Positions 48,733 to 60,543 are shown, numbered from the stretch's first letter. The stretch: 64,000 nt of DNA from Myxococcota bacterium (GCA_035506135.1 DATJPY010000044.1:1528-65527), one strand, 5' to 3'. Translations and numbers: made by a program. Notes: a model not told the origin generated them from the sequence alone.

Positions 48733-50138
48733 CGGCCGTGGCGGATCTCGTGCTGTACAACACGCGCACCCGGCGCAAGGAGCGCTTCGAGCCGCTCGAG
48801 CCGGGCCACGCGCGCGTCTACTCGTGCGGGCCCACCGTCTACGCGCCGCAGCACATCGGGAACCTGCGCCCCTACGTGTTCGCCGACCTGCTGAAGCGCG
48901 CGCTGCGCGCCGAGGGCCTGCGCGTCACGCACGTGATCAACATCACCGACGTCGGGCACCTCACCGACGACGCCGACGCCGGCGAGGACAAGATGGAGCG
49001 CGCCGCGGCGCGCGCGGGCCGCACGGCGACCGAGATCGCCGCGATCTACGCCGAGCAGTGGCTGCGCGACCGGCGCCGGCTGCGCTGCCTGGAGGCGGAG
49101 GTCTACTGCAGGGCCACGGAGCACATTCCGCAGCAGATCGCGCTCGCGAAGCGCCTCGAGGCGAAGGGGTACACGTATCGGCTGGAGGACGGCCTCTACT
49201 TCGACACCTCGAAGTTCCCGCGCTACGCCGAGCTCGCCCGCCTCGACCTGGCGGGGCAGGAGGCCGGCGCGCGGATCGGCGACGTGCCCGGCAAGCGCAA
49301 CCCGCAGGACTTCGCGCTGTGGAAGCGGGCCGCAGCCGACGTCCGGCGCCAGCAGGAGTGGGACGCGCCGTGGGGCCGCGGCTTCCCGGGTTGGCATCTG
49401 GAGTGCTCGGCGATGAGCATCGAGTACCTCGGCCCGACCTTCGACATCCACACCGGCGGAGTCGACCACATCGCTGTGCACCACACCAACGAGATCGCCC
49501 AGAGCGAGTGCGCGCTCGACGTGCATCCGTGGGTGCGCTTCTGGATGCACTGCGAGTTCCTCGAGCTCGGCGGCGAGAAGCTCTCCAAGTCGAAGGGCCA
49601 TACGCTGGTGCTCGACGACCTGCTCGAACGCGGGATCGATCCGCTCGCCTATCGGTACTTCCTGCTGCAGGCCCACTATCGGCAGCAGCAGCACTTCGGC
49701 TTCGAGGAGCTCGAGGCGGCCGCCACCGGCCACCGCCGCCTGCTCGCGCACGCGGCCGAGGTCTCCGGCGCCGCGGGGGACCCCGACCCGTCGCGCACGG
49801 CCCCGCTCGCCGAGCGCCTCCGCGCCGCCGTGCGCGACGACCTCAACACGCCGCGCGCGCTGGCGGTGGTGTGGGAGGTGGCGCGCAGCGCGGCGCTGGC
49901 GCCGGCGGACCGGCGCGCGCTGTTCGAGGCCGCCGACGAGCTGCTCGCGCTCGGACTGCGGGACGCGCGCCCGGCCGAGGCGGCGTCCGACCCGCGCATC
50001 GACGGGCTCGTGGCCGAGCGCGAGGCCGCTCGCCGTGCGCGCGACTTCGCGCGCGCGGACGACATCCGCGACCGGCTGGCCGCCGAGGGCATCGATATCG
50101 AAGATACCCCGCAAGGCCCGCGCTGGAGGCGGCGATGA
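48729..50138 (+). CDS. cysS: cysteine--tRNA ligase
   Basis: GTG 48729 (GTGA overlap; GTG 48738 is an alternative start). Sequence: [31 protein letters not shown] (HIGH)..[19 protein letters not shown] (KMSKS). Confidence 0.95.
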   Translation: MTAVADLVLYNTRTRRKERFEPLEPGHARVYSCGPTVYAPQHIGNLRPYVFADLLKRALRAEGLRVTHVINITDVGHLTDDADAGEDKMERAAARAGRTATEIAAIYAEQWLRDRRRLRCLEAEVYCRATEHIPQQIALAKRLEAKGYTYRLEDGLYFDTSKFPRYAELARLDLAGQEAGARIGDVPGKRNPQDFALWKRAAADVRRQQEWDAPWGRGFPGWHLECSAMSIEYLGPTFDIHTGGVDHIAVHHTNEIAQSECALDVHPWVRFWMHCEFLELGGEKLSKSKGHTLVLDDLLERGIDPLAYRYFLLQAHYRQQQHFGFEELEAAATGHRRLLAHAAEVSGAAGDPDPSRTAPLAERLRAAVRDDLNTPRALAVVWEVARSAALAPADRRALFEAADELLALGLRDARPAEAASDPRIDGLVAEREAARRARDFARADDIRDRLAAEGIDIEDTPQGPRWRRR

Positions 50139-50220
50139 GGCGGTGCCGAGCGTGCGGGCCGCGCAGCGAGCCGCAGGCGAGCGAAGCTCATCCGATGGGT
50201 CCGCGGTGGAGCCGGGTGGA

Positions 50221-52221
<2,001 letters not shown>

Positions 52222-52223
52222 GC

Positions 52224-52292
52224 CCGTCGGGCGATACGCGTCGAGCCGTCCGGGCGATACGCGTGGAGCCCTCCGGACGATAAACTCGCCGG
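52224..52292. repeat. three tandem 23-bp units in the uvrB-uvrC spacer
   Basis: Units are ccgtcgggcgatacgcgtcgagc, cgtccgggcgatacgcgtggagc and cctccggacgataaactcgccgg. Units 1 and 2 match at 19/23; units 2 and 3 match at 14/23. The shared core is CGG(G/A)CGATA. The repeat ends 1 nt before the uvrC GTG. Confidence 0.8.
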
Positions 52293-52293
52293 C

Positions 52294-54198
52294 GTGGCGG
52301 GTCGCGAGTCGGAGACGGCGTTCGAGGAGCGGATCGAGAGCCTGCCCACCGGCCCGGGCGTCTATCTCTTCAAGAACGCGCGCGGGCGGGTGCTGTACGT
52401 GGGCAAGGCGCAGAACCTGCGCTCGCGGGTGCGCTCCTACCTGCGCGCGGGCGGCGACGGGCGCATCCGCGTTGCGCCGATGGTCGAGCAGGCCGCCGAC
52501 GTCGAGGTCGTGGTTACCCCGTCGGTCAAGGACGCGCTGCTGCTCGAGAACGAGCTGATCAAGCGCCACAAGCCGCCGTTCAACGTGCGGCTTCGCGACG
52601 ACAAGCAGTATCTCGGCCTGCGCCTCGACGCGCGCGAGTCGTGGCCGCGCCTCACGCCCGTGCGACGCTTCCGCGAGGACGGTGCGGCGTACTTCGGGCC
52701 CTACACCTCGAGCCAGTCGCTGCGCGACGCGGTCTCGAACCTGCGGCGCATCTTCCCGCTCCGCTCGTGCAGCGATCCGGTGTTCCGCGACTACGCGCGC
52801 CGCGGCCGCCCGTGCATCGAGTACGAGATGAAGCGCTGCCTCGGCCCGTGCTGCGGCCTGATCGGGACCGCCGCCTACGCCGAGCTGGTCGAGGGCACGG
52901 CGCTCTTCCTGCGCGGCCGCTCGGACGAGCTGCTGCGGGAGCTGCGGCAGGGCATGGACAAGGCGGCCGAGGAGGAGCGCTTCGAGGACGCGGCGCGGCT
53001 GCGCGATCGCATCGCGGCGGTCGAGCAGACGGTGGCGCGCCAGCAGATCGTCGCCGAGCGCGCAGTCGACCGCGACGCCTTCGGCCTCGCGCGGCGCGGC
53101 GGCGAGGTCGAGGTCGCCGTCCTCCACGTGCGCGCCGGACGCGTGGTCGGCCACGGGAGCTGGTCGTTCTCCGAGGTCCAGCTCGACGACGCGGAGGCGC
53201 TGGGCTCGTTCCTCGGTCAGTACTACGGCGCCCCGGATCGCCCGCCAGCGCGCGAGGTCCTGGTGCCGCTCGAGCCGGCGGACGGCAGCGCCCTCGCGGA
53301 GCTGCTGGCCGAGCGCGCCGGGCGCCGCGTCTCGCTGCGCATCCCGCAGCGGGGCCCCCTGCGCGAGCTGGTGGCCATGGCGGACGCGAACGCCTCGCTG
53401 CGTCTGGCCCAGCGCGTCGACGCGCGCGAGAGCGTCACCGCCGCCCTCGCGGAGCTGCAGGAGCGGCTCGGGCTGGCCCGGCTGCCGCGCCGCATCGAGT
53501 GCTACGACGTCTCGACGCTCGGCGGCGCGCTCGCGGTCGCGAGCCGCGTGGCGTTCGAGGACGGGCGCCCCGACAAGTCCGGCTATCGGCGCTACCGGAT
53601 CCGCGAGGCGCCGGGCGGCGACGACGTGGCCTGTCTGCGCGAGGTGATCCAGCGGCGGCTCGGGCGCCGCGCTGCCGAGCCGCTCCCGGACCTGCTGATG
53701 GTCGACGGCGGCAAGGGACAGGTGGGCGTGGTGAGCGCGGCGCTGCGCGACGCCGGCGTGACACAGGACGTGGTCGGCATCTCGAAGGAGCGCGACGACG
53801 CGGCGGCGACCGCGATCTCCCCGCGCGCGCCGCGCGTTCGCCGCAGCGGCGGCCTCAAGGCGGAGCGGCTCCACCTTCCCGGCCGCAAGGATCCCGTGCT
53901 GCTGCCTGCGAGCTCGTCGGCGCTGCTCCTGCTGCAGCGCGTGCGCGACGAAGCGCATCGCTTCGCGATCGAGTTCCAGCGCCAGCTCCGGCAGCGCGCG
54001 AACCTGACGTCGATCCTCGAGGAGGTCCCCGGCATCGGGCCCGGCAAGCGGCGCGCACTGCTGCGCGAGCTCGGCTCGCTGCGCGCGGTGCGCGAGGCGG
54101 ACGAGGCGCAGCTCGCCGGTGTGGGCGGGGTTTCGGCCGAGGACGCGCGGCGCATCCGCCGCTTCTTCGACGCCCTCGGCGACGCTGCACCGCGCTGA
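52294..54198 (+). CDS. uvrC: excinuclease ABC subunit C
   Basis: ORF 52294..54198 (GTG start). GIY-YIG domain: GVYLFKNARGRVLYVGKAQNLRSRV..ENELIKRHKPPFN. UVR domain: FEDAARLRDRI. C-terminal (HhH)2: VPGIGPGKRRALL. Confidence 0.95.
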   Translation: MAGRESETAFEERIESLPTGPGVYLFKNARGRVLYVGKAQNLRSRVRSYLRAGGDGRIRVAPMVEQAADVEVVVTPSVKDALLLENELIKRHKPPFNVRLRDDKQYLGLRLDARESWPRLTPVRRFREDGAAYFGPYTSSQSLRDAVSNLRRIFPLRSCSDPVFRDYARRGRPCIEYEMKRCLGPCCGLIGTAAYAELVEGTALFLRGRSDELLRELRQGMDKAAEEERFEDAARLRDRIAAVEQTVARQQIVAERAVDRDAFGLARRGGEVEVAVLHVRAGRVVGHGSWSFSEVQLDDAEALGSFLGQYYGAPDRPPAREVLVPLEPADGSALAELLAERAGRRVSLRIPQRGPLRELVAMADANASLRLAQRVDARESVTAALAELQERLGLARLPRRIECYDVSTLGGALAVASRVAFEDGRPDKSGYRRYRIREAPGGDDVACLREVIQRRLGRRAAEPLPDLLMVDGGKGQVGVVSAALRDAGVTQDVVGISKERDDAAATAISPRAPRVRRSGGLKAERLHLPGRKDPVLLPASSSALLLLQRVRDEAHRFAIEFQRQLRQRANLTSILEEVPGIGPGKRRALLRELGSLRAVREADEAQLAGVGGVSAEDARRIRRFFDALGDAAPR

Positions 54199-54245
54199 GC
54201 GCGGCGCCGTCAAGGCGCCGGAGCGGCCTGCCGATCCGACGAGGG

Positions 54246-55121
54246 ATGACGCTGCGGCGCGCCCTCGTCTGCACGCTCGCGCTCGTTGCCGGCTGGCTGC
54301 CGCCTGCTGCGGCCGAGGTCTACCGCTGGACCGACGCGCAGGGCGAGGTGCACTACAGCGGCGACCTCGCCGAGGTGCCTCCGGACCAGCGCGACGCCGC
54401 GCGCGGCGCCGCGCCGTCGATGGGTGCGAATCGCGTCCAGACGTACAGCGCGCCGCCTGCCTCGCCGCAGCCGGCGCGCCCGCGCTCCGCCGATGCGGAG
54501 ACGAGTCCGGCGCGCGTGCACCGGATTCCGGTCCAGCGCGGCGCGGCGGGCATGATCGTGATGGTCCAGCTCAACGGCCGCGCCGTCGCGCCGTTCCTGG
54601 TCGACACGGGCGCCAGCTACGTGCTGGTTCCCCAGTCGCTTGCCGACGAGATCGGCGTCAAGGTGGGACCCGACACGCGGAAGATGCGCTTCGCGACCGC
54701 CAACGGGGTGGTGGAGCAGCCCATCGTGATGCTCGACTCGGTCGAGCTCGGCGACGCGCGCGCGGACGAGGTGCCCGCGAGCATCTCGCCCTCGCTCGGC
54801 ATCGGGCTGCTCGGCCTCTCCTTCTTCAACCGCTTCACCTACCAGATCGACGCGGCGGCCGGCCTGCTGACGCTCACCGAGAACGATCTCGCCGAGAGCG
54901 GCGGGATCCTCGGCGGGCGCAGCGAGGGGCAGTGGCGCGGCGAGTTCATGGGCCTGCGCGTGCGCCTCGCGGAGCTCGAGGCGCGCCGCGATGCGACGCC
55001 GCCGAACCACTCCCGGCAGCTCGATCGCCTCGATCAGGAGCACGCCGCGCTCGAGCGCCAGATCGAGACGCTGGACGCCGAGGCGGACCGCGCGCGCGTG
55101 CCGGACGCCTGGCGCCGCTGA
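54246..55121 (+). CDS. DUF4124 + retropepsin-like (clan AA) aspartic protease + C-terminal coiled coil
   Basis: ATG 54246 in the frame of ORF 52641..55121. It has a signal peptide or anchor. DUF4124-like: VYRWTDAQGEVHYSG. Protease core: MIVMVQLNGRAVAPFLVDTGASYVLVP..IGLLGLSFFNRF. The tail is helical and heptad-like. Confidence 0.7.
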   Translation: MTLRRALVCTLALVAGWLPPAAAEVYRWTDAQGEVHYSGDLAEVPPDQRDAARGAAPSMGANRVQTYSAPPASPQPARPRSADAETSPARVHRIPVQRGAAGMIVMVQLNGRAVAPFLVDTGASYVLVPQSLADEIGVKVGPDTRKMRFATANGVVEQPIVMLDSVELGDARADEVPASISPSLGIGLLGLSFFNRFTYQIDAAAGLLTLTENDLAESGGILGGRSEGQWRGEFMGLRVRLAELEARRDATPPNHSRQLDRLDQEHAALERQIETLDAEADRARVPDAWRR

Positions 55122-55241
55122 GGGCGCGGTAGCGGACTTCCCAGAATGGGGAGACCGGCGCCCTCGTCGGTGTGGCGGGGCGCCTGCCGCGCCGCGTCGC
55201 GTCGCGCCCCGTGGCATCGATCTTGCTCCCTCCGGGCCTCG

Positions 55242-55616
55242 ATGCGCATCCGCCCCCGCAGCGATCCGCACGAGCGCCGCGAGCGCGCGCGAATCCGCCT
55301 CGACCTCGAGCGGCTCGGCGTCGCGGACGAGCTGCGGGACGAGCTCTCGCGCCGCCTCGAGGCGCTCTCGAACAATCTCTCGGAGGACGCCTACGATGCC
55401 GCCCTCGCCGGCGTGGCGCTGGCGGACGCGCTCCACCGCGAGGGCGCCGAGGCGCAGCGGCATCGGGCACGCGACCTGGGCGAGATCCAGCGCCTGCTCG
55501 GCGCATTCTCCGAGGAGATGCGCAAGCTCGATGAGGCGCTCCAGATCCTCTCGACCTACGTCCAGCGCATGCGCTCGCGCACGCGCGTCGTCGAGCGCCC
55601 CAAGCTGATGCACTGA
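55242..55616 (+). CDS. hypothetical all-helical protein (124 aa)
   Basis: ATG 55242 within ORF 55146..55616. GC3 bias is very strong from 55242 onward. I recognise no family. The first 32 codons of the ORF (Cys/Trp/Arg-rich) look non-coding. No SD is present. Confidence 0.5.
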   Translation: MRIRPRSDPHERRERARIRLDLERLGVADELRDELSRRLEALSNNLSEDAYDAALAGVALADALHREGAEAQRHRARDLGEIQRLLGAFSEEMRKLDEALQILSTYVQRMRSRTRVVERPKLMH

Positions 55617-55789
55617 TCCTGCAGCGCGCCTGGGTCGGGAGCGCGCGGCGCGGCTCGCGTCGCCGGCGGGCCGGTGCCGCGATATCCTCGCACCCACTCC
55701 GCGGTCCCGCGGCAGATCGGCGCATCGGCTTCTTCGGCGACTTCTTCGGCGTACTCGGCAGCTTCCTCGGCCAGCTCGGCCTCGCGCAG

Positions 55790-58126
55790 GTGCTCGCGAT
55801 CCTGGCGGCCGACCGCGACGTCGTGTCGGGCGCGGCGCTCTCGAAGCTCGCCGCGATCGGCATCGCGCTGGCGCTCGCCGGGCGGTCGCGCGCGGGCCGT
55901 CGGCTGGCGGCGGCGCTCGCGTTGGGCGCCGCCTCGGCGTTCGGCCTCGCCGAACGGCTCGATGAGGCGTCGCGCCACGTGCCGGCCGCGCCGCTCGAGG
56001 CGACGCTCGAGGCCACGGTGACGCGCGCCGCGCCCCTTCCGGGTGCCGTCGAGCTCGACCTCGCCGGGGTGCGCGCCGTCGGAGGCGAGGGACCGCTGCC
56101 GCCGCGCCTGCGGCTGCGCGCACCGATCGAGGGCGTGCACGATGCGAGGACTCCGCCGTTCGCGTCCGTGCTCCCCGGCGATCGGCTGCGCCTGCGCGCG
56201 CGGCTGCGCCCCTTCGAGGAGCGCGCGAATCCGGGAGGCCGGGGTCGCGCGCGCGATCTCGCGCGGATCGGCATCGCGACGATGGCCGCGCCGGTCCATC
56301 CGGATCTCGTCGTGCGTCTGCCCGACGGCGAGCGCATCCGTCCGCTGGCCGCGCTCCATCGATTCCGCGCGCGCGCCGGCGCGCGGCTCGCGGCCGAAGG
56401 GGAGGGTGGCGAGCTGCTCCGCGCGCTCGCGCTCGGAGACCGCGGCGGCCTCGAGCGGCCTTCCATCGACGCATTCCGCAGCCTCGGGCTCACGCATCTC
56501 CTCTCGGTGTCGGGGGTCCATCTGGCGCTGGCGGGAGCGCTCTTCTACCGGATCGCGCGGCGCGCGCTCCTGCGCTCGCGGCGCTCGGTCGATCCGCGGC
56601 GACCCGCGCTGCTGCTCGCGGCCGGCGCCGCCGGCGGCTACGCGCTGCTCGCGGGCTGGGACGTCCCGGTCCGCCGCTCGCTCGTCATGCTGATCGGCCT
56701 CGCGCTCTCGTTCGCGGCCCGGCGCTCGGTCCAGCGCGGCGCGCCGCTGCTCGGAGCCGCCGTGCTGGTCCTCGCGTTCGATCCCGAGGCGCTCTTCGAC
56801 GCCGGAGCGCAGATGTCGTTCGGCGCGAGCGCGGCGCTGGTGGCGGGGTCGAGCCGGGCGTCGAGCGGCGCCGGGGAGCCGGCGCGCTGGGGACGCGCCC
56901 GGCGCTGGCTCGCCGAGATGCTCCAGGCGGGTGCCGTCGCGAACGCCGCCACGGCCCCGATCGCGGCGAGCGCGATCGGGGTGCTCTCGCCCTGGGCGCT
57001 CGCCGCCAACCTGGCAGCGATCCCGTGGACCGAGCTGGCGCTCCTGCCGTGCGCGCTCGTCGCCGCGCTGGCGGCCGGACTCGCGCCCGACGCGAGGGTG
57101 AGCGGGCTCCTGCTGCGCGCCTCGGCGGCCGTCGCTGCCGCGTCGCTCGAGGGGCTTCGGCGCACCGCCGCCGCGCTCCCCGATGCCTGGACCGCGTCGC
57201 CCGGAGCGGCCGCCGTGGCGGCCGCGCTGCTCGCCGCGCTCCTGCTCGTGCGCGTGCGCGGCACGATCCGCCGCTGTGTCGGGTCGCTCGCGATCACGCT
57301 CGCCCTCGCGCTCGCGCCACCGGCGCGCATCGACCCCGCTCCGCCGCGGCTCGTGAGCCTCGATGTCGGGCAGGGCGACGCGGCCGTCGTGCAGGGCCGC
57401 TCCGCGGCGCTCTTGATCGACGGCGGCCCCGCCGTCCCGGGCGGACGCGACCTCGGCGAGTCGGTGGTGCTGCCGGCGCTGCGCGCGCTCGGCGTGCGCC
57501 GCCTCGACCTGGTGGTCGCCAGCCACGGCGACCTCGACCATCGCGGCGGGCTTCCGGCCGTGGTGCGCGCGCTGCCGGTCGGCCGGGTCTGGCTCCCCTT
57601 CGGTGGGCTTCGCGACCCCGCGTTCGAGGCGCTGATCGAGATCGCACGCGCGCGCGGCGTCGCGGTCGAGGAGCGCGGAGCGGGCTCGGCCGCCGCGCAG
57701 CTCGGCGACCTCCGCGTGACACCGCTCTGGCCGCCGCCGGACGAGGCCGCGAGCGGCGGCCCCGGACGCCGCAACGACCGCTCGCTCACGGTGCGCGTCG
57801 ATGCGGCGGGCCGCGGCCTCCTCTTTCCCGGCGACATCGAGGCGGGCGCGGAGGCGCGGCTCGTCGCCTCCGGCGCGCTGCTCCGCGCGGACGTGCTGAA
57901 GCTCCCGCACCACGGCAGCCGCACCTCGTCCTCCGCGCGACTCCTCGACGCCGTCGACGGCGGAGTGGCGATCGTGTCGGCGCCGCGCTGGAGCCGCTTC
58001 GGCATGCCGCATCCCGAGGTCGTCGCGCGCGTCGCGGGGGACGGCTACGCCGTGTGGTGGACGGGGCGCGACGGCGCGGTGCTGATCGGGCTCGATCCGC
58101 GCCTCTGGGTCCGGGGGTGGCGCTGA
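55790..58126 (+). CDS. comEC: DNA internalization competence protein ComEC/Rec2 (with metallo-beta-lactamase domain)
   Basis: ORF 55790..58126. It has a polytopic competence domain (LTHLLSVSGVHLALAGALF..) and a C-terminal MBL domain (LVSLDVGQGDAAVV..ASHGDLDHRGG..LKLPHHGSRTSS). The true N-terminus may lie upstream (see findings). Confidence 0.9.
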   Translation: MLAILAADRDVVSGAALSKLAAIGIALALAGRSRAGRRLAAALALGAASAFGLAERLDEASRHVPAAPLEATLEATVTRAAPLPGAVELDLAGVRAVGGEGPLPPRLRLRAPIEGVHDARTPPFASVLPGDRLRLRARLRPFEERANPGGRGRARDLARIGIATMAAPVHPDLVVRLPDGERIRPLAALHRFRARAGARLAAEGEGGELLRALALGDRGGLERPSIDAFRSLGLTHLLSVSGVHLALAGALFYRIARRALLRSRRSVDPRRPALLLAAGAAGGYALLAGWDVPVRRSLVMLIGLALSFAARRSVQRGAPLLGAAVLVLAFDPEALFDAGAQMSFGASAALVAGSSRASSGAGEPARWGRARRWLAEMLQAGAVANAATAPIAASAIGVLSPWALAANLAAIPWTELALLPCALVAALAAGLAPDARVSGLLLRASAAVAAASLEGLRRTAAALPDAWTASPGAAAVAAALLAALLLVRVRGTIRRCVGSLAITLALALAPPARIDPAPPRLVSLDVGQGDAAVVQGRSAALLIDGGPAVPGGRDLGESVVLPALRALGVRRLDLVVASHGDLDHRGGLPAVVRALPVGRVWLPFGGLRDPAFEALIEIARARGVAVEERGAGSAAAQLGDLRVTPLWPPPDEAASGGPGRRNDRSLTVRVDAAGRGLLFPGDIEAGAEARLVASGALLRADVLKLPHHGSRTSSSARLLDAVDGGVAIVSAPRWSRFGMPHPEVVARVAGDGYAVWWTGRDGAVLIGLDPRLWVRGWR

Positions 58127-58187
58127 GGGCGCGGTCGCAGCAGCTGGCGCTTGGAGCGGAACTCCGCCTCGATTACGCTGGCGGCCG

Positions 58188-59270
58188 ATGGCGGATCCCA
58201 GGCCGGCCGCGCCGCCGCCCGAGCTGATCGACGTGCGCCCCGACGAGCGCTTCGACGAGGCGCGCCTCGCCGGCTTGCTGCGCGGCCGCCTCGAGGGCTC
58301 CGACGCGCCCCTGGTCGTCCGCCAGTTCGGCGGCGGCCACGCGAACCTGACCTACCTGCTGCGCTTCGGCGACGGCCCGCAGACGCGCGAGTACGTGCTG
58401 CGCCGGCCTCCGCTCGGCCCGGTGGCGCCCGGCTCGCACGACATGTCGCGCGAGCACCGCGTGCTCGCCGTGCTCTGGCGGGCGTTCCCGCTGGCGCCGC
58501 GGTCGTACCTCTACTGCGACGACGCGTCGGTGATCGGCGCGCCGTTCTTCGTGATGGAGCGCCGTCACGGGGTGGTGGTGCGCGGCGGCATCCCGCCCGA
58601 GTTCGGCGGCGGCCGCGACGCGGTCGCCAACCGCAAGCTCTCCGAGGTGGTGGTGGACGTGCTCGCCGACTTCCACGCGGTCGACGCGGCGCGCGCCGGG
58701 CTCGGCGACCTGGGCCGCCCGGAGGGCTTCCTCCAGCGGCAGGTGCAGGGCTGGAGCGAGCGCTGGGAGCGCTCGCGCGTCGAGCCGAATCCGCTCGCGG
58801 ACGAGCTCCAGCGCTGGCTGCTCGACAATCTTCCGGTGTCCCCCGCGCCGACCCTGCTGCACAACGACTGGCGCCTCGACAACATGGCCGTGGCCTCCGA
58901 CGACCCCGGCCGCTGCGTCGCCGTGTACGACTGGGACATGTGCACGCGTGGCGATCCGCTCGCGGACCTCGGCACCGTGCTCGCGGTCTGGTACGAGCCC
59001 GACGAGGTGCCCTCGACGCTGAATCCGATGCCGACGACCACGGCCGGATTCCTGTCGCGCGCCGAAGCGGGCAAGCGCTACGCGGAGCGCAGCGGGCGCG
59101 ACGTGGGTGCGCTCCCCTACTACCTGGTGTTCGGCACGTTCAAGATGGCCGTCGTGCTCCAGCAGATCTACGTCCGCTTCCACCGCGGCCAGACCCAGGA
59201 CCAGCGCTTCGCGGGGATGGGAGAGGGCGCCCGCTCGCTGTTCCGCCTCGCCGACGCGCGGCGCCCCTGA
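58188..59270 (+). CDS. APH-fold phosphotransferase, ACAD10/11 N-terminal-kinase-like
   Basis: ORF 58188..59270. Sequence: VRQFGGGHANLTYLLRFG..EYVLRRPPLGPVAPGSHDMSREHRVL..ASVIGAPFFVMERRHG..LLHNDWRLDNM..VYDWDMCTRGDPLADL. Confidence 0.85.
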   Translation: MADPRPAAPPPELIDVRPDERFDEARLAGLLRGRLEGSDAPLVVRQFGGGHANLTYLLRFGDGPQTREYVLRRPPLGPVAPGSHDMSREHRVLAVLWRAFPLAPRSYLYCDDASVIGAPFFVMERRHGVVVRGGIPPEFGGGRDAVANRKLSEVVVDVLADFHAVDAARAGLGDLGRPEGFLQRQVQGWSERWERSRVEPNPLADELQRWLLDNLPVSPAPTLLHNDWRLDNMAVASDDPGRCVAVYDWDMCTRGDPLADLGTVLAVWYEPDEVPSTLNPMPTTTAGFLSRAEAGKRYAERSGRDVGALPYYLVFGTFKMAVVLQQIYVRFHRGQTQDQRFAGMGEGARSLFRLADARRP

Positions 59271-59313
59271 GCGCGAGCCGGATGCGGTAGGCTCCGCCCC
59301 GAGAGGAGCCCCC

Positions 59314-60543
59314 ATGGCCATCGACTTCAGCTTCCCCGAGGAGATCGAGCTCGTGCGCCGTCGCGTGCGGGACTTCATCGACAAGGTGGTGCGCCCGGCC
59401 GAGCAGGAGATCGAGGCCCACGAGGGCGAGCGCAAGGTGCTCGTCGAGCAGGTGATCCGGATGCGCAAGGCCGCACAGGAGTGGGGCCTCTGGCTGCCGC
59501 ACATGCCGGAGGAGTACGGGGGCATGGGGCTCGGGCACGTCGCGATGGCCGCGGTCTCGGCGGAGGCCGCCAAGTCCCGCTTCGGCCCGTTCGCGCTGAA
59601 CGCGCAGGCGCCCGACGAGGGCAACATGCACACGCTCCTGCACTGGGGCACCCCCGAGCAGAAGCAGAGGTACCTGCGCCCGCTCTGCGAGGGCCGCGCC
59701 CGCTCGTGCTTCGCGATGACCGAGCCCGAGGTCGCCGGCTCGGATCCCACGCTGATCCAGACGCGCGCGGTCGACCGCGGCGACCACTGGGAGATCAACG
59801 GACACAAGTGGTTCATCTCGGGCGCACACGGCGCGAACTTCGCGATCCTGATCGCGCGCACCGAGGACGACCCCGAGGTCCCGCAGGCGACCAACACCGC
59901 GTTCCTGGTCGACGTCCCGAGCGACGGCTGGGAGGTCGTCCGCGACATCCACACCATGAGCGGTCCGAGCCACAACCACTGCGAGATCCGCATCCGCGAC
60001 CTGCGCGTGCCGGCGGACGCCGTGCTCGGCGGGCGCGGGAACGGACATCGGCTCGGCCAGTACCGGCTCGGTCCCGCGAGGCTGGCGCACTGCATGCGCT
60101 GGATCGGGCAGGCCGAGATCGCGCTCAACATGACGATCGACCGCGCGCTCAAGCGCTTCGCGCACGGCTCGCTGCTGGCGGAGAAGCAGGGGATCCAGTG
60201 GATGATCGCGGACAGCACGATGGAGCTCTACCAGTGCAAGCTGATGGTGCTGCACGCCGCCTACCGGATCGACCGCGGCGACGACTTCAAGAGCGAGGTC
60301 TCGATGGCCAAGCACTTCGTCGCGAACGCGCTGAACCGCATCATCGACCGCGCGGTCCAGGTCCACGGCGCGCTCGGCTACTCGACCGACACCCCGCTGG
60401 CGCACATGGCGACCCAGGCGCGCTGGGCGCGCTTCGCCGACGGCGCCGACGAGGTGCACCAGTGGCGCATCGCGCAGCGCGCCATCGAGGCCTACACGAG
60501 GACGGGGAGCGTCACCAGCGCGGCCGGCGATCTGCCGCTCTGA
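59314..60543 (+). CDS. acyl-CoA dehydrogenase, FadE2/ACAD10-11-like subfamily
   Basis: ATG 59314 (GAGGAG upstream) in the frame of ORF 59107..60543. Sequence: CFAMTEPEVAGSDPT..HKWFISGA..RLGPARLAHCMRWIGQAE..IDRAVQVHGALGYSTDTPLAHM..RFADGADEVH. Confidence 0.9.
   Translation: MAIDFSFPEEIELVRRRVRDFIDKVVRPAEQEIEAHEGERKVLVEQVIRMRKAAQEWGLWLPHMPEEYGGMGLGHVAMAAVSAEAAKSRFGPFALNAQAPDEGNMHTLLHWGTPEQKQRYLRPLCEGRARSCFAMTEPEVAGSDPTLIQTRAVDRGDHWEINGHKWFISGAHGANFAILIARTEDDPEVPQATNTAFLVDVPSDGWEVVRDIHTMSGPSHNHCEIRIRDLRVPADAVLGGRGNGHRLGQYRLGPARLAHCMRWIGQAEIALNMTIDRALKRFAHGSLLAEKQGIQWMIADSTMELYQCKLMVLHAAYRIDRGDDFKSEVSMAKHFVANALNRIIDRAVQVHGALGYSTDTPLAHMATQARWARFADGADEVHQWRIAQRAIEAYTRTGSVTSAAGDLPL

Noticed and set aside
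54203-54219. Hairpin ggcgcc-gtcaa-ggcgcc just after the uvrC stop
   Set aside because: The stem is only 6 bp with no downstream T-tract, and the next gene starts 27 nt later on the same strand. This is not convincing as a terminator.
55116-55130. 15-nt identity CGCTGAGGGCGCGGT at 55116-55130 and 58121-58135, in both cases spanning a stop codon
   Set aside because: Given the window size and strong GC bias, a single 15-mer coincidence is expected by chance. No extended similarity flanks either copy.
55146-55241. N-terminal 32 codons of ORF 55146..55616
   Set aside because: The peptide is rich in Cys, Trp and Arg (MGRPAPSSVWRGACRAASRRAPWHRSCSLRAS) and does not look like protein. The helical, strongly biased coding region begins at ATG 55242.
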